Positions 1-8,425 of a stretch of DNA of 64,000 nt are shown in pieces; position 1 is the first letter of the stretch; each line of letters opens with the position of its first letter. This stretch comes from an uncultured bacterium (lineage in GTDB: Bacteria > Bacillota_I > Bacilli_A > RFN20 > CAG-826). The position numbers were made by a program, and so were the translations under genes. The notes beneath the pieces are model-generated. The model saw nothing but the letters and a program-made list of their open reading frames with translations. It searched no databases and was not told the origin of the DNA. The stretch is taken from NCBI GenBank assembly GCA_949297305.1, contig CASFSG010000018.1:4901-68900 (forward strand), written 5' to 3'.

Positions 1-1528
1 TTCAAGAAAATCTATCTCTGCTTTGATGGATATTCGCCCTGATTACGCAAATAAGAAAGTCGATGGACTCTTACAAAAGGTTGATCCTAGTGAAATTAAA
101 GTAAACGATATAATCGTTGTTAATCCTGGTGAAAAAGTGCCATTAGATGGAATAGTTATCAAAGGTAATTCGACCTTAGATGTTAAAGCTTTAACTGGCG
201 AATCATTGCCAAAAGAAATCAATACAAATGATCAAATTATCAGTGGAGCAATCAATTTAACGACAAAATTAGAAATACGCGTCTTAAAAGAATTCTACGA
301 TTCAACTGTTTTTAAGATTTTAGAATTAGTCGAAAATGCTTCAAGTCAAAAATCTAAGACGGAAAATTTTATCTCGAAATTTGCTAAATTTTATACTCCG
401 CTTGTTTGCGTTATCGCTCTTTTATTAGCGATTATTCCTAGTTTAATTACTGGCGATTGGTCAACTTGGTTATATCGCGGCTTATCTTTTTTAGTCGTTT
501 CTTGTCCTTGTGCCTTAGTCATTTCAATTCCCTTATCGTTTTTTGCTGCGATTGGGGCGTCTTCGCGTCATGGCATATTAATTAAAGGTTCAACCTTTCT
601 TGAACAATTTAATCAAGTAAAAACATTTGTCTTTGATAAAACCGGAACATTGACAAAAGGCAATTTCGTCATTAAAGAAATTGTTAGCAGTAAAAAGGAT
701 GAAATTTTAAAATATGCTGCGACGGCTGAATGTGGTTCTTCTCATCCTATCGCTAAAGTCATTTTAGCGTCTTACCAAGGGAAAATTCCCCAAGATTATG
801 AAATAAATAATATCGCAGGGGAAGGTATTATCGCCTCTAAAGATAATGACATCATCTATGTCGGCAACGAACTCATGATGAAAAATCATCAAATCGATTA
901 CCAAAGAAACGATTCGGTTGGCAGCGTCATCTATGTCGCTCATAACGATGAGTTTTTAGGCTCGATTGTCATTCAAGATGAGATTAAAGAAGATGCTAAA
1001 GCATTAATCGCTGAATTTAATAAAAACAATATCGAAAGTATCATGCTAAGCGGTGACAATGAAAAAATTGTTCAAGCAGTCGCTAAAGAGATTGGGGTAA
1101 CTAGATATCAAGCCGAACTTTTGCCGCAAGATAAAGTTGCCGAGTTAGAAAAAATTATTCAAGTAAAAAATAAAAAAGATCAAGTTTGCTTTGTTGGTGA
1201 TGGAATCAATGATGCGCCTTCATTAATGCGCGCGGACATCGGTGTCGCGATGGGGGGAGTTGGTAGCGATGCATCAATTGAGGCTAGCGATATCGTTTTA
1301 ATGCACGATGATTTAACAAATCTAATGTTAACCAAAAAGATTGCAAAAAAAACGATGAGAATTGTCTATGAAAATATCATTTTCTCTTTATTAATTAAAG
1401 TAGCAATCTTAATATTATCAGCTTTTGGTATCACCAATATGTGGGTAGCAATTTTTGGTGATGTTGGGGTTGCGATTATCGCCATTTTGAATGCTTTAAG
1501 AGTTAATAGCAAATATAAAATTAAGTAA
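1..1528 (+). CDS. Heavy-metal (Cd/Zn/Co-type) translocating P1B-type ATPase, 5'-truncated by the window edge
   Basis: The reading frame is open to position 1, and the track starts at TTG 23. It carries TGES (actuator), SCPC (transmembrane metal site), DKTGTLT (phosphorylation), SSHP(I)A and GDGINDAP motifs. The N-terminal HMA domain and first helices are missing. Confidence 0.85.
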   Translation, partial: SRKSISALMDIRPDYANKKVDGLLQKVDPSEIKVNDIIVVNPGEKVPLDGIVIKGNSTLDVKALTGESLPKEINTNDQIISGAINLTTKLEIRVLKEFYDSTVFKILELVENASSQKSKTENFISKFAKFYTPLVCVIALLLAIIPSLITGDWSTWLYRGLSFLVVSCPCALVISIPLSFFAAIGASSRHGILIKGSTFLEQFNQVKTFVFDKTGTLTKGNFVIKEIVSSKKDEILKYAATAECGSSHPIAKVILASYQGKIPQDYEINNIAGEGIIASKDNDIIYVGNELMMKNHQIDYQRNDSVGSVIYVAHNDEFLGSIVIQDEIKEDAKALIAEFNKNNIESIMLSGDNEKIVQAVAKEIGVTRYQAELLPQDKVAELEKIIQVKNKKDQVCFVGDGINDAPSLMRADIGVAMGGVGSDASIEASDIVLMHDDLTNLMLTKKIAKKTMRIVYENIIFSLLIKVAILILSAFGITNMWVAIFGDVGVAIIAILNALRVNSKYKIK

Positions 1529-1630
1529 TGTTGGTGAATCAAATTGCTAATCAGCAGATTATATTTAATTTTAGAAGAAAAAATTTGATTAATGATTTAT
1601 TTATTTTGCTATTTATTTTAAAATTAAAAT

Positions 1631-2299
1631 ATGAAAAAAATCGACGAAAAATATTTTATTAAAGAAAAGCAAGTTAATTATAATCCAACCTTAGAATCGA
1701 CTTTAGAAGAAGGAGAATCGATCTTATGGCGAGCAAAGCCACTAAGAAAGTCCTTCCTCTTATCAGCTTTTTTCCGCTATTTCTTCTTCGCAATTATTTG
1801 GTTAATTTTTGACACATCTTTTGTCATAATGATGGTAATGTTTGGAGATGGAATGCCGTGGTTTGTTTATTTGATTTTAGGAATTGCTTTATTGCTCCAT
1901 CTAATGCCAGTATGGATGTGGGTAAGCGGGGTAATTTCGGCTAGTCGTAGACAAAAGATTGAAGAATATGCTTTTACTAATAAACGCATTTTAGTTAAAA
2001 AAGGTTTTATCGGTGCAAATATTATTACGATACCTTATTCTTCAATTACCAGCGTTAATTTTCGCGTTGGTCTAGTGGAAAGAATGTGTAAGGTTGGTGA
2101 TATCTATCTTGTTTATGGTAACCAAAAAGTTACATTGGAAGATATTGTTGACCCTTACTTTATTTATGAAAAACTGCAAGCAATCGCTAATGATATTAAA
2201 AGCGATATCATTTATCCTAACGCTTTAAGGCCCGATGTTAATCCTGGCTATAAGACATCTTATAAAGAAAAAGATTTTACCAAGCATATAAATAAATAA
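1631..2299 (+). CDS. Membrane protein with a bacterial PH (bPH_2/YdbS-YdbT-like) domain
   Basis: It has two hydrophobic helices followed by the KRILVKKGFIGANIITIPYSSITSVNFRVG pattern typical of the DUF304/bPH_2 family. Confidence 0.45.
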   Translation: MKKIDEKYFIKEKQVNYNPTLESTLEEGESILWRAKPLRKSFLLSAFFRYFFFAIIWLIFDTSFVIMMVMFGDGMPWFVYLILGIALLLHLMPVWMWVSGVISASRRQKIEEYAFTNKRILVKKGFIGANIITIPYSSITSVNFRVGLVERMCKVGDIYLVYGNQKVTLEDIVDPYFIYEKLQAIANDIKSDIIYPNALRPDVNPGYKTSYKEKDFTKHINK

Positions 2300-2439
2300 T
2301 ATGCATTTTTTGAATTTATTTTAATCTATACCTTTTAGACACTAATATTTTATTTTGATATAAATAGCGATAGATTATTGCTTTTAAAATTTTAGATATG
2401 TTATGGTATGAATTATAAATAGCAAACAATCTAGTAAAT

Positions 2440-2467
2440 TTGACCCTGGGGGTGGGCTCATTATAAT
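2440..2467 (+). promoter_or_regulatory. Sigma-70-type promoter for the tasA-like/sipW operon
   Basis: The -35 is TTGACC (2440-2445), the spacer is 16 nt and unusually GC-rich (ctgggggtgggctcat), and the -10 is TATAAT (2462-2467). An ACACAT-N4-ATGTGT palindrome (2475-2490) lies in the 5'UTR and an AAGGAG RBS precedes the ATG at 2510. Confidence 0.55.
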
Positions 2468-2509
2468 ATAGACAACACATATAAATGTGTGGAAAAGGAG
2501 AAATAATTT

Positions 2510-3271
2510 ATGCAAAAATCTTACAAAAAAGCCCTAACAATTGGTATTGCTACCTTTAGTGCAGTGGCTTTAATTGCCACAGGTACTGCTGCCTTTATTC
2601 TTATGACGGGCGGAAGTGATTCATTGGACGGATCTGTCACAGTTGGTGAGGTTGAAGATAATAGTATCGTCGTTGATGCTTATATTGGTGATGCCGGTAC
2701 CAATTCGTTTAGTTATATTTTTGATTCAAAAGAAAACGATACAACTGGTCGCGTTCAATGGGACGGATCAACTCATGAGTCTTTAACTAACACAATTACT
2801 GTTTCGATTACTCCAGCCGCAGGTGCGGATATTACTCAAACAGATATTAATAACGGTTATTCATTAAGTTATACGGTGGAAGTTGTCGCTACTGGTGATG
2901 AAGCTACTACTTTTGCTAAGTATGTTACTACTAAAGGTGCATCGAGCGAAACAGCTGCTAGTGAAAAAGAATTTTTACAACTTACTAGTGGTACGTCGAC
3001 TGGCGATATTAGCAATGAAAATTTAGTAAGTGTCGGTGCATCTAACGCAATCACGATGCCTACTGAAACGAACACAACGACTACTTTTAGTGTAAATTTT
3101 GCTTGGGGTAGTTATTTCAATTATCAAAACCCATCGGAATATTATGATGGTGATGGTGCTAGTGTCTCTTTGGGCGATTCGACAACCGGCGTTAAAGGTG
3201 CTCTTAACAAATTACATTTATTAAACGGTATTAAGTTAAAGATTACCGTTAATGCTGTCAAAAATAGGTAA
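2510..3271 (+). CDS. Secreted TasA/CalY (camelysin)-like protein with a SipW-cognate-type signal peptide
   Basis: The N-terminus MQKSYKKALTIGIATFSAVALIATGTAAF...SLDGSVTVGEV resembles TasA/camelysin (K-rich start, hydrophobic core, GGGTWAAF...TGTLDL). The mature part is Thr/Ser-rich. The gene sits directly upstream of the sipW-like gene. Confidence 0.5.
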   Translation: MQKSYKKALTIGIATFSAVALIATGTAAFILMTGGSDSLDGSVTVGEVEDNSIVVDAYIGDAGTNSFSYIFDSKENDTTGRVQWDGSTHESLTNTITVSITPAAGADITQTDINNGYSLSYTVEVVATGDEATTFAKYVTTKGASSETAASEKEFLQLTSGTSTGDISNENLVSVGASNAITMPTETNTTTTFSVNFAWGSYFNYQNPSEYYDGDGASVSLGDSTTGVKGALNKLHLLNGIKLKITVNAVKNR

Positions 3272-3297
3272 TTTAGTGTTTGTTTGTTAATTAATAA

Positions 3298-3326
3298 ATG
3301 ACGCATGGAGTTAATCTATGCGTCAT
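3298..3326 (+). terminator. Stem-loop (partial terminator or attenuator) after the tasA-like gene
   Basis: ATGACGCAT (3298-3306) pairs with ATGCGTCAT (3318-3326) as a 9-bp perfect stem with an 11-nt loop. The downstream T-tract is weak, so read-through into sipW is likely. Confidence 0.4.
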
Positions 3327-3464
3327 ATGTGTTATTAAAATACCTAATTTTACTTCAAAAAAATTGTTCTTTATATATAATATAAAAACACCAAATTTTG
3401 CTTATGAAATCTAATAGGCGAGAAAGGAATTGATTGCAAGAAATATTTCGCGACATGAAAGATT

Positions 3465-4484
3465 ATGAGTAGTAGCCAAAAAGAACTTTTAGTGCTCATC
3501 GTCACCTCGTTGTGCGTCATTTCTTTAGCGATTGTTTTCACCCTTTTTTATCTTCATTATTATAAAAATTCCCTCGATGCGATTAAAGAAGGTCGCAGGG
3601 ACATCGAATTAATTGATGATAATATCAACGAACAAATCAAGGCAAAATCTAAAAAGCACAAAGCCTTTAAAATTGCGATGAAGGTTTTATCCTATTTAAT
3701 CAGCGCGATGGTCTTAGCGATTTTTATCATCGCTTTAATTAATCGTTTTAGCGGTGGTGATATCGTCGTTGGTAATTCGACAGTCATCGTCGTTAAGACC
3801 GGTTCAATGAGTGAAGTTAATGCCGCTAATAGGGAAGAATTAACTGGTTATGATAACCAAATCCCAACTTGGTCATTGATCGGAATTAGTAAGGTTAATG
3901 AAGAAGATTTAAAACCTTACGATGTCATTGCTTTTTTTGAAAGTAATTCTAATCAAATCATCATCCATCGCATCATTGATATTATGGAAGATGCAAATGG
4001 GCATTATTATGTAACTAGAGGCGATGCCTTAGCAAGTGAAGATGGTTATCATCCGCGTTATGAAGCGATTATTGGTCGCTATAACAACTTCCATATTCCC
4101 TATGTTGGTTTGTTTATCTACTTTTTACAGACTAATTCTGGGATTGTTACTATCTTATCAATTATTTACTGCTTAGTGCTCTTTGGTGTCTTAAGCGATA
4201 AAATCGCCAAAAAAGAAAAAGAAAGAAAAGATGAATTAATTTCTGTCATTGATATTGATTTAGCAATCAAAGAAGTCAATCACGATATCATCGAAAAGAT
4301 TTATTATCACGGTTATGTCTATTCATTTAAAAATAATGAGTTTATATCGAAAGAGAAAATTTTAGAAGGAGATGAACACCTACCATCTAAAAAGAACGAA
4401 TTGATTAAGGTTATTGAAAACCAAGACGAGACAAAAGTGATGTCGAGTATTATTGAGATATCTTTCAAGGAGGAAAATAAATGA
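3465..4484 (+). CDS. sipW: SipW/ER-type signal peptidase I (S26B)
   Basis: VVKTGSMSEV carries the Ser nucleophile, the IIIHRIID...YVTRGDA region carries the catalytic His as in SipW/archaeal-type SPase, and there is a C-terminal TM helix (GLFIYFLQTNSGIVTILSIIYCLVLFGVL). It has an extra N-terminal TM and a roughly 100-aa C-terminal extension. The start codon is uncertain because there is no clear RBS. Confidence 0.6.
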   Translation: MSSSQKELLVLIVTSLCVISLAIVFTLFYLHYYKNSLDAIKEGRRDIELIDDNINEQIKAKSKKHKAFKIAMKVLSYLISAMVLAIFIIALINRFSGGDIVVGNSTVIVVKTGSMSEVNAANREELTGYDNQIPTWSLIGISKVNEEDLKPYDVIAFFESNSNQIIIHRIIDIMEDANGHYYVTRGDALASEDGYHPRYEAIIGRYNNFHIPYVGLFIYFLQTNSGIVTILSIIYCLVLFGVLSDKIAKKEKERKDELISVIDIDLAIKEVNHDIIEKIYYHGYVYSFKNNEFISKEKILEGDEHLPSKKNELIKVIENQDETKVMSSIIEISFKEENK

Positions 4485-6292
4485 AAAAAGTTTACTTCAC
4501 GCGCAAGAATTTAATTGAACTAGGACTAGTTTTTCTCTTCTATGTCCTATTTTTATTTATCTATGTTTGCGTCGATGGCAAGCATCTATTTTTCGCTGAA
4601 GAAAATCCAATTGAATTACTTTATTTAGGATTTAGTTTCCCATCTATTTCTTTAGGAAGTGTCGGCTATTTACTCGGCTTCTTGTTTTGCATCTATGGCG
4701 TTCTTTATGACGCTGGATTAATTCTAATTAGAAGGTTAATTAAATTTAGACGCGAAAGATTTTTCTCTACTAAATGGGTTTTAATTAATGTTGGTTGGGG
4801 AGCGGTTTGTTTGCTTTTAGGCTTTGGCTTAGGGACTATTTTGGCTGCGATTATTAGCAAAGATAATCTTCAACCACTTTTGATGGCTTTTGGTGGTACT
4901 CTCTTATTAACAGTTCTTTTATATCTGCTTTTAGCTTTAGTTATCGGGGCAATCTTTATGCTCATCATCAACTTTAAAAATATCGATAAACCATATCGCT
5001 TCTTTAATATTAGCGAAGAAGAACAATATGAACGCAAAATCGATTTAGAAGAAGAAAAAGATGAAGCTAAACAAAATGACGTCGGGGCTTCCTTTGGTGA
5101 AAGTAGCCTTACTAGTATCAATAATGTCGTTAGTGGAGTAAGTGCTGCCTCACCTACTGAAAGTGTTGTCTCAACCGAATTTAAACTAGGCGATCGCGAA
5201 AAAGTTTTCCCATCTTTATCGATGATTGATCGCGATTATTCTGGTTTTGAAGAAGATAAATTGCCCGATATCGATATCACTTTAGAAAATCTATGTCTTT
5301 TGTTTAGAAATTATTTATGTAAGAAAGAAAATCTATATTTCGACATTGAAACAATTCGTAGTTTCATTTCTGCCTTAGGGACGAGTAGAATTGTCATTTT
5401 AGAAGGTTTAAGTGGTACTGGTAAATCATCTTTACCGCGTTATTTTGCTAAATTTATTTCTTCGGAGCCAACCTTTATTGCTGTCCAAACAACTTTTAGA
5501 GATAAATCATCCCTAATTGGTTATTTTAATGATTTTAGTCAAACATATAATGAGACGGATTTTTTAAAAGCCTTATATCGCGCAAATTATCAAAAAGATC
5601 ATCTCAATTTTATGGTTTTAGACGAATTTAATATCGCGCGTGTCGAATATTATTTTGCCGATTTCTTATCTTTGCTTGAATATCCAAAACAAGATTGGAA
5701 AATTCGCGTGATGAATTTGCCTTATGATTTTAACGCTCCGGTGATGCTCCATGATGGCTTATTAAAAATTGAAGAAAATACCTTCTTTATTTGCACGGCC
5801 AATAAAGATGATTCAACCTTCACAATTTCTGATAAAGTTTATGACCGCGCGATCATTTTAGACTTTGATGATCGCAATGAAGAATTTAGTGTCGATGAAG
5901 AAGTTAGTGAGATTCATTTAAGTTATCACCAATTAATGGATTTATTTAACGCTGCTAAAAAAGAAAAGAAAAATAATTTGACGAGTGATGATTTAAGAAG
6001 ATTTAAGATTTTAACCGATTTTGTTTTAGATAATTTTGATGTTGCCTTCGGTAACCGCGTCCTCAATCAAATTGAAAATTTCGTGCCGATTTATGTTAAA
6101 ACTGGCGGTAATAAAGCCGAAGCTTTAGATTTTATGTTCGCGCGCAAGATTTTATATAAGATTGAAGGTCGTTATGAAGATTATATTAAAAATAGTCTCA
6201 TCGCTTTGAAGAAGTTAATTGAAAAAACTTATGCAAAAGATGAATTTAAGATGAGCAAGCATCTCATCGAAAGGATGATTAAGAGATTATAA
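4481..6292 (+). CDS. Membrane-anchored McrB-like AAA+ (AAA_5) NTPase
   Basis: The first ~170 aa carry 4-5 predicted TM helices, followed by an acidic linker (EEEQYERKIDLEEEKDEAKQND) and an AAA+ core. The core has Walker A GLSGTGKSS, FMVLDEFNIARVEYYFADFLSLLE (compare McrB DEINRAN...F..LLE) and DKVYDRAIILDF (compare McrB DxALxRRF). A GGAGG RBS is present and the ATGA start overlaps the sipW stop. Confidence 0.6.
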   Translation: MKKVYFTRKNLIELGLVFLFYVLFLFIYVCVDGKHLFFAEENPIELLYLGFSFPSISLGSVGYLLGFLFCIYGVLYDAGLILIRRLIKFRRERFFSTKWVLINVGWGAVCLLLGFGLGTILAAIISKDNLQPLLMAFGGTLLLTVLLYLLLALVIGAIFMLIINFKNIDKPYRFFNISEEEQYERKIDLEEEKDEAKQNDVGASFGESSLTSINNVVSGVSAASPTESVVSTEFKLGDREKVFPSLSMIDRDYSGFEEDKLPDIDITLENLCLLFRNYLCKKENLYFDIETIRSFISALGTSRIVILEGLSGTGKSSLPRYFAKFISSEPTFIAVQTTFRDKSSLIGYFNDFSQTYNETDFLKALYRANYQKDHLNFMVLDEFNIARVEYYFADFLSLLEYPKQDWKIRVMNLPYDFNAPVMLHDGLLKIEENTFFICTANKDDSTFTISDKVYDRAIILDFDDRNEEFSVDEEVSEIHLSYHQLMDLFNAAKKEKKNNLTSDDLRRFKILTDFVLDNFDVAFGNRVLNQIENFVPIYVKTGGNKAEALDFMFARKILYKIEGRYEDYIKNSLIALKKLIEKTYAKDEFKMSKHLIERMIKRL

Positions 6293-7662
6293 TGCGCCTC
6301 AGCAATGCGATAAGTTTATTTAATCAAGCCTCATCGTTAAAAAGTTCGCTTTTAATCGCGAATAGTTTTGAAGATTATTTCGCTACGCTTAACAAGATGA
6401 AAGTTATAGATCTTAATCAAGATAGTTATCGCATTGATTTTTTGACATTACAAGAATTGAACTCTTTATTAAATACCATTTTATCGATTACGCGTCGCCA
6501 TTATCGCTCTTTTAAAAATAATGAAATCGTTTTGCGAAGTGAACTCGTTAGAAACTTCGACAATGAATCATTTATTAAAACGACGAAAGAGATGTCGTTT
6601 TGGCATCAAAAAGATTTTAGCGTCAAGCCGATGTGGGTTTATACTTATGAAATGGTCGATGATTTAAATACTTATGAAAATCGTCTTGTTATTTCCGCTT
6701 TAAGACGCATTGAATTAATTATTAAAAATTATGATTATTACTACGCGCATCAAGTCGCAATATTAGAAAATAATTTAAACAAAAACGATTTTAGTTACGC
6801 TTCCTTTTTATATAAAGATAATCGCATCTTAAATGCGAATTTATTATCGAAGGAAAATGCTTCATCTAAGGAGATTGATGAATATATCTTAAAACTTAAA
6901 GCGAAGATTAAGAAAATTCAAAATACGCCTTTTTATCTCGCGTTAAAAGATATTCCTCTAGTTATAGGAAAAGTAGCGATGACAAACATCTTTAAAGAAA
7001 ATCATCTTTATAACAAAGTCTATCGCTTTTATTATCAAACCCATCAATATTTAAATCAAACATTAGGCGATGAATCATTAATAGATTATAGTTATTTTTT
7101 AATCATTAAAACTTTAATCAAACAGGGCTATCAAATTAAACAAGATAATTTAGCATTTCATTTGTTAAATGAAAAATCCATCATTTTAGCGACACCGATA
7201 AGGTTTTTAGGAAAAGATTTTAATTTAGAATTATCTTATCTAAAGGAGAAAAAAGCCTTTTTAATTAAAGTTATTAATGCCTGGCGAAAGAGTGATGAAT
7301 CGACAAATTTAATCTATCTTCATTATAGCTTCAATGATAACGAGGTTAATTTAACTCCTTTAAAAAGTGGCGAATATAATAATATCTATTTATATAGTTA
7401 TGACAAATTATGGGTTTATCAAAACGATCAATGGTCAGTTGCTAAATTTTCTTTAGAACAAACCGATCAAGATATTATTGACATTATTTTAAAATCATTC
7501 ACTAATATCATCGAAGGTAAAGATGAAATATATGCAACTATTTGTCCTTATTGTGGTAGTCGTTATCTTTTAGAAGAAAATAAAAGCTACCATTGTTTAA
7601 ATTGTCACAAAAATTATGTGATTTTGCGCAAAAATCAAATCTGGATTAAAGAAAATATATAG
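6292..7662 (+). CDS. Zinc-ribbon protein in the McrC position (putative partner of the McrB-like NTPase)
   Basis: A TAATG stop/start overlap couples it to the upstream gene. The C-terminus has CPYCGSRYLLEENKSYHCLNCHK (CxxC-x15-CxxC). I could not recognise a PD-(D/E)xK nuclease motif with confidence. Confidence 0.35.
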   Translation: MRLSNAISLFNQASSLKSSLLIANSFEDYFATLNKMKVIDLNQDSYRIDFLTLQELNSLLNTILSITRRHYRSFKNNEIVLRSELVRNFDNESFIKTTKEMSFWHQKDFSVKPMWVYTYEMVDDLNTYENRLVISALRRIELIIKNYDYYYAHQVAILENNLNKNDFSYASFLYKDNRILNANLLSKENASSKEIDEYILKLKAKIKKIQNTPFYLALKDIPLVIGKVAMTNIFKENHLYNKVYRFYYQTHQYLNQTLGDESLIDYSYFLIIKTLIKQGYQIKQDNLAFHLLNEKSIILATPIRFLGKDFNLELSYLKEKKAFLIKVINAWRKSDESTNLIYLHYSFNDNEVNLTPLKSGEYNNIYLYSYDKLWVYQNDQWSVAKFSLEQTDQDIIDIILKSFTNIIEGKDEIYATICPYCGSRYLLEENKSYHCLNCHKNYVILRKNQIWIKENI

Positions 7663-7672
7663 GTAAAAATGT

Positions 7673-8425
7673 ATGGAAAATAGCGAAAAACAGGTGGCGA
7701 TAAAAATTGAGCATTTAAAAAAATCTTACGGCAAAAAAGAAGTTTTGCACGATTTAAATCTAGAAGTCTATCGCGGCGAACTCTTTGGCTATGTTGGAAA
7801 AAATGGCGTCGGTAAATCGACGACAATCGATTGTTTAATCGGAGCGAAGAAATTTGATGAAGGCCATATTTATCTTGGTGGCTATGAGATTAATAAAGAA
7901 CCTTTCCGCGCGAAAAAACAATTCGGCTATGTTAGCAGTGAGCCAGTGACATATGAAATGATGACTGGTTATGAATATTTGCAGTTTATTGGCTCAGTGT
8001 ACGCTATTAGTGATGAAGCCTATAAAAATAATCTTGCCTATTTATCTAATAAATTTGATTTACCATCGCGCGACTTGAATAGTGTCATCTCTTCCTATTC
8101 GCATGGGATGAAGCAAAAATTGTGTCTAATTGCTTCTTTAATGCATAATCCGGAGATTTGGATTTTAGATGAACCGACTGTTGGCTTAGACATTATGGTC
8201 TTTGAAACATTAAAGAATATGATGATGGAATTTACAAAACATGGTCGAACAATTTTTATTACTTCCCATAATATCGATTTAGTTGCTAAGATTTGTGACC
8301 GCGTCGCATTGATTAATAACGGGAAAATTGAAAAGATTGTCGATTTAAAAAACGATCCCGACAAACGTTATCAATTGCATAAAATATTTTTAGATATGTA
8401 CGCTTATAAGGAGAAAAATGCTTAG
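7673..8425 (+). CDS. ABC transporter ATP-binding protein
   Basis: It has Walker A GKNGVGKST, the signature YSHGMKQKL, Walker B ILDEPTVGLD and the H-loop TSHNI. Confidence 0.85.
   Translation: MENSEKQVAIKIEHLKKSYGKKEVLHDLNLEVYRGELFGYVGKNGVGKSTTIDCLIGAKKFDEGHIYLGGYEINKEPFRAKKQFGYVSSEPVTYEMMTGYEYLQFIGSVYAISDEAYKNNLAYLSNKFDLPSRDLNSVISSYSHGMKQKLCLIASLMHNPEIWILDEPTVGLDIMVFETLKNMMMEFTKHGRTIFITSHNIDLVAKICDRVALINNGKIEKIVDLKNDPDKRYQLHKIFLDMYAYKEKNA

Noticed and set aside
2869-3075. Most minus-strand ORFs in the track (60-142 aa), for example 2869-3075, 4870-5121, 8095-8364, 9638-9868, 31907-32230, 58769-59197 and 60311-60718
   Set aside because: Each lies entirely antisense to a long plus-strand gene that has strong motif support. 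They have no RBS, and their composition is just the complement of the coding strand. I treat them as spurious.
4481-7662. Calling the McrB-like pair a classical McrBC restriction system
   Set aside because: The N-terminal DNA-binding domain is replaced by TM helices. The partner has a zinc ribbon but no nuclease motif I can see. The genes are embedded in a secretion operon. I report it as McrB-like only.
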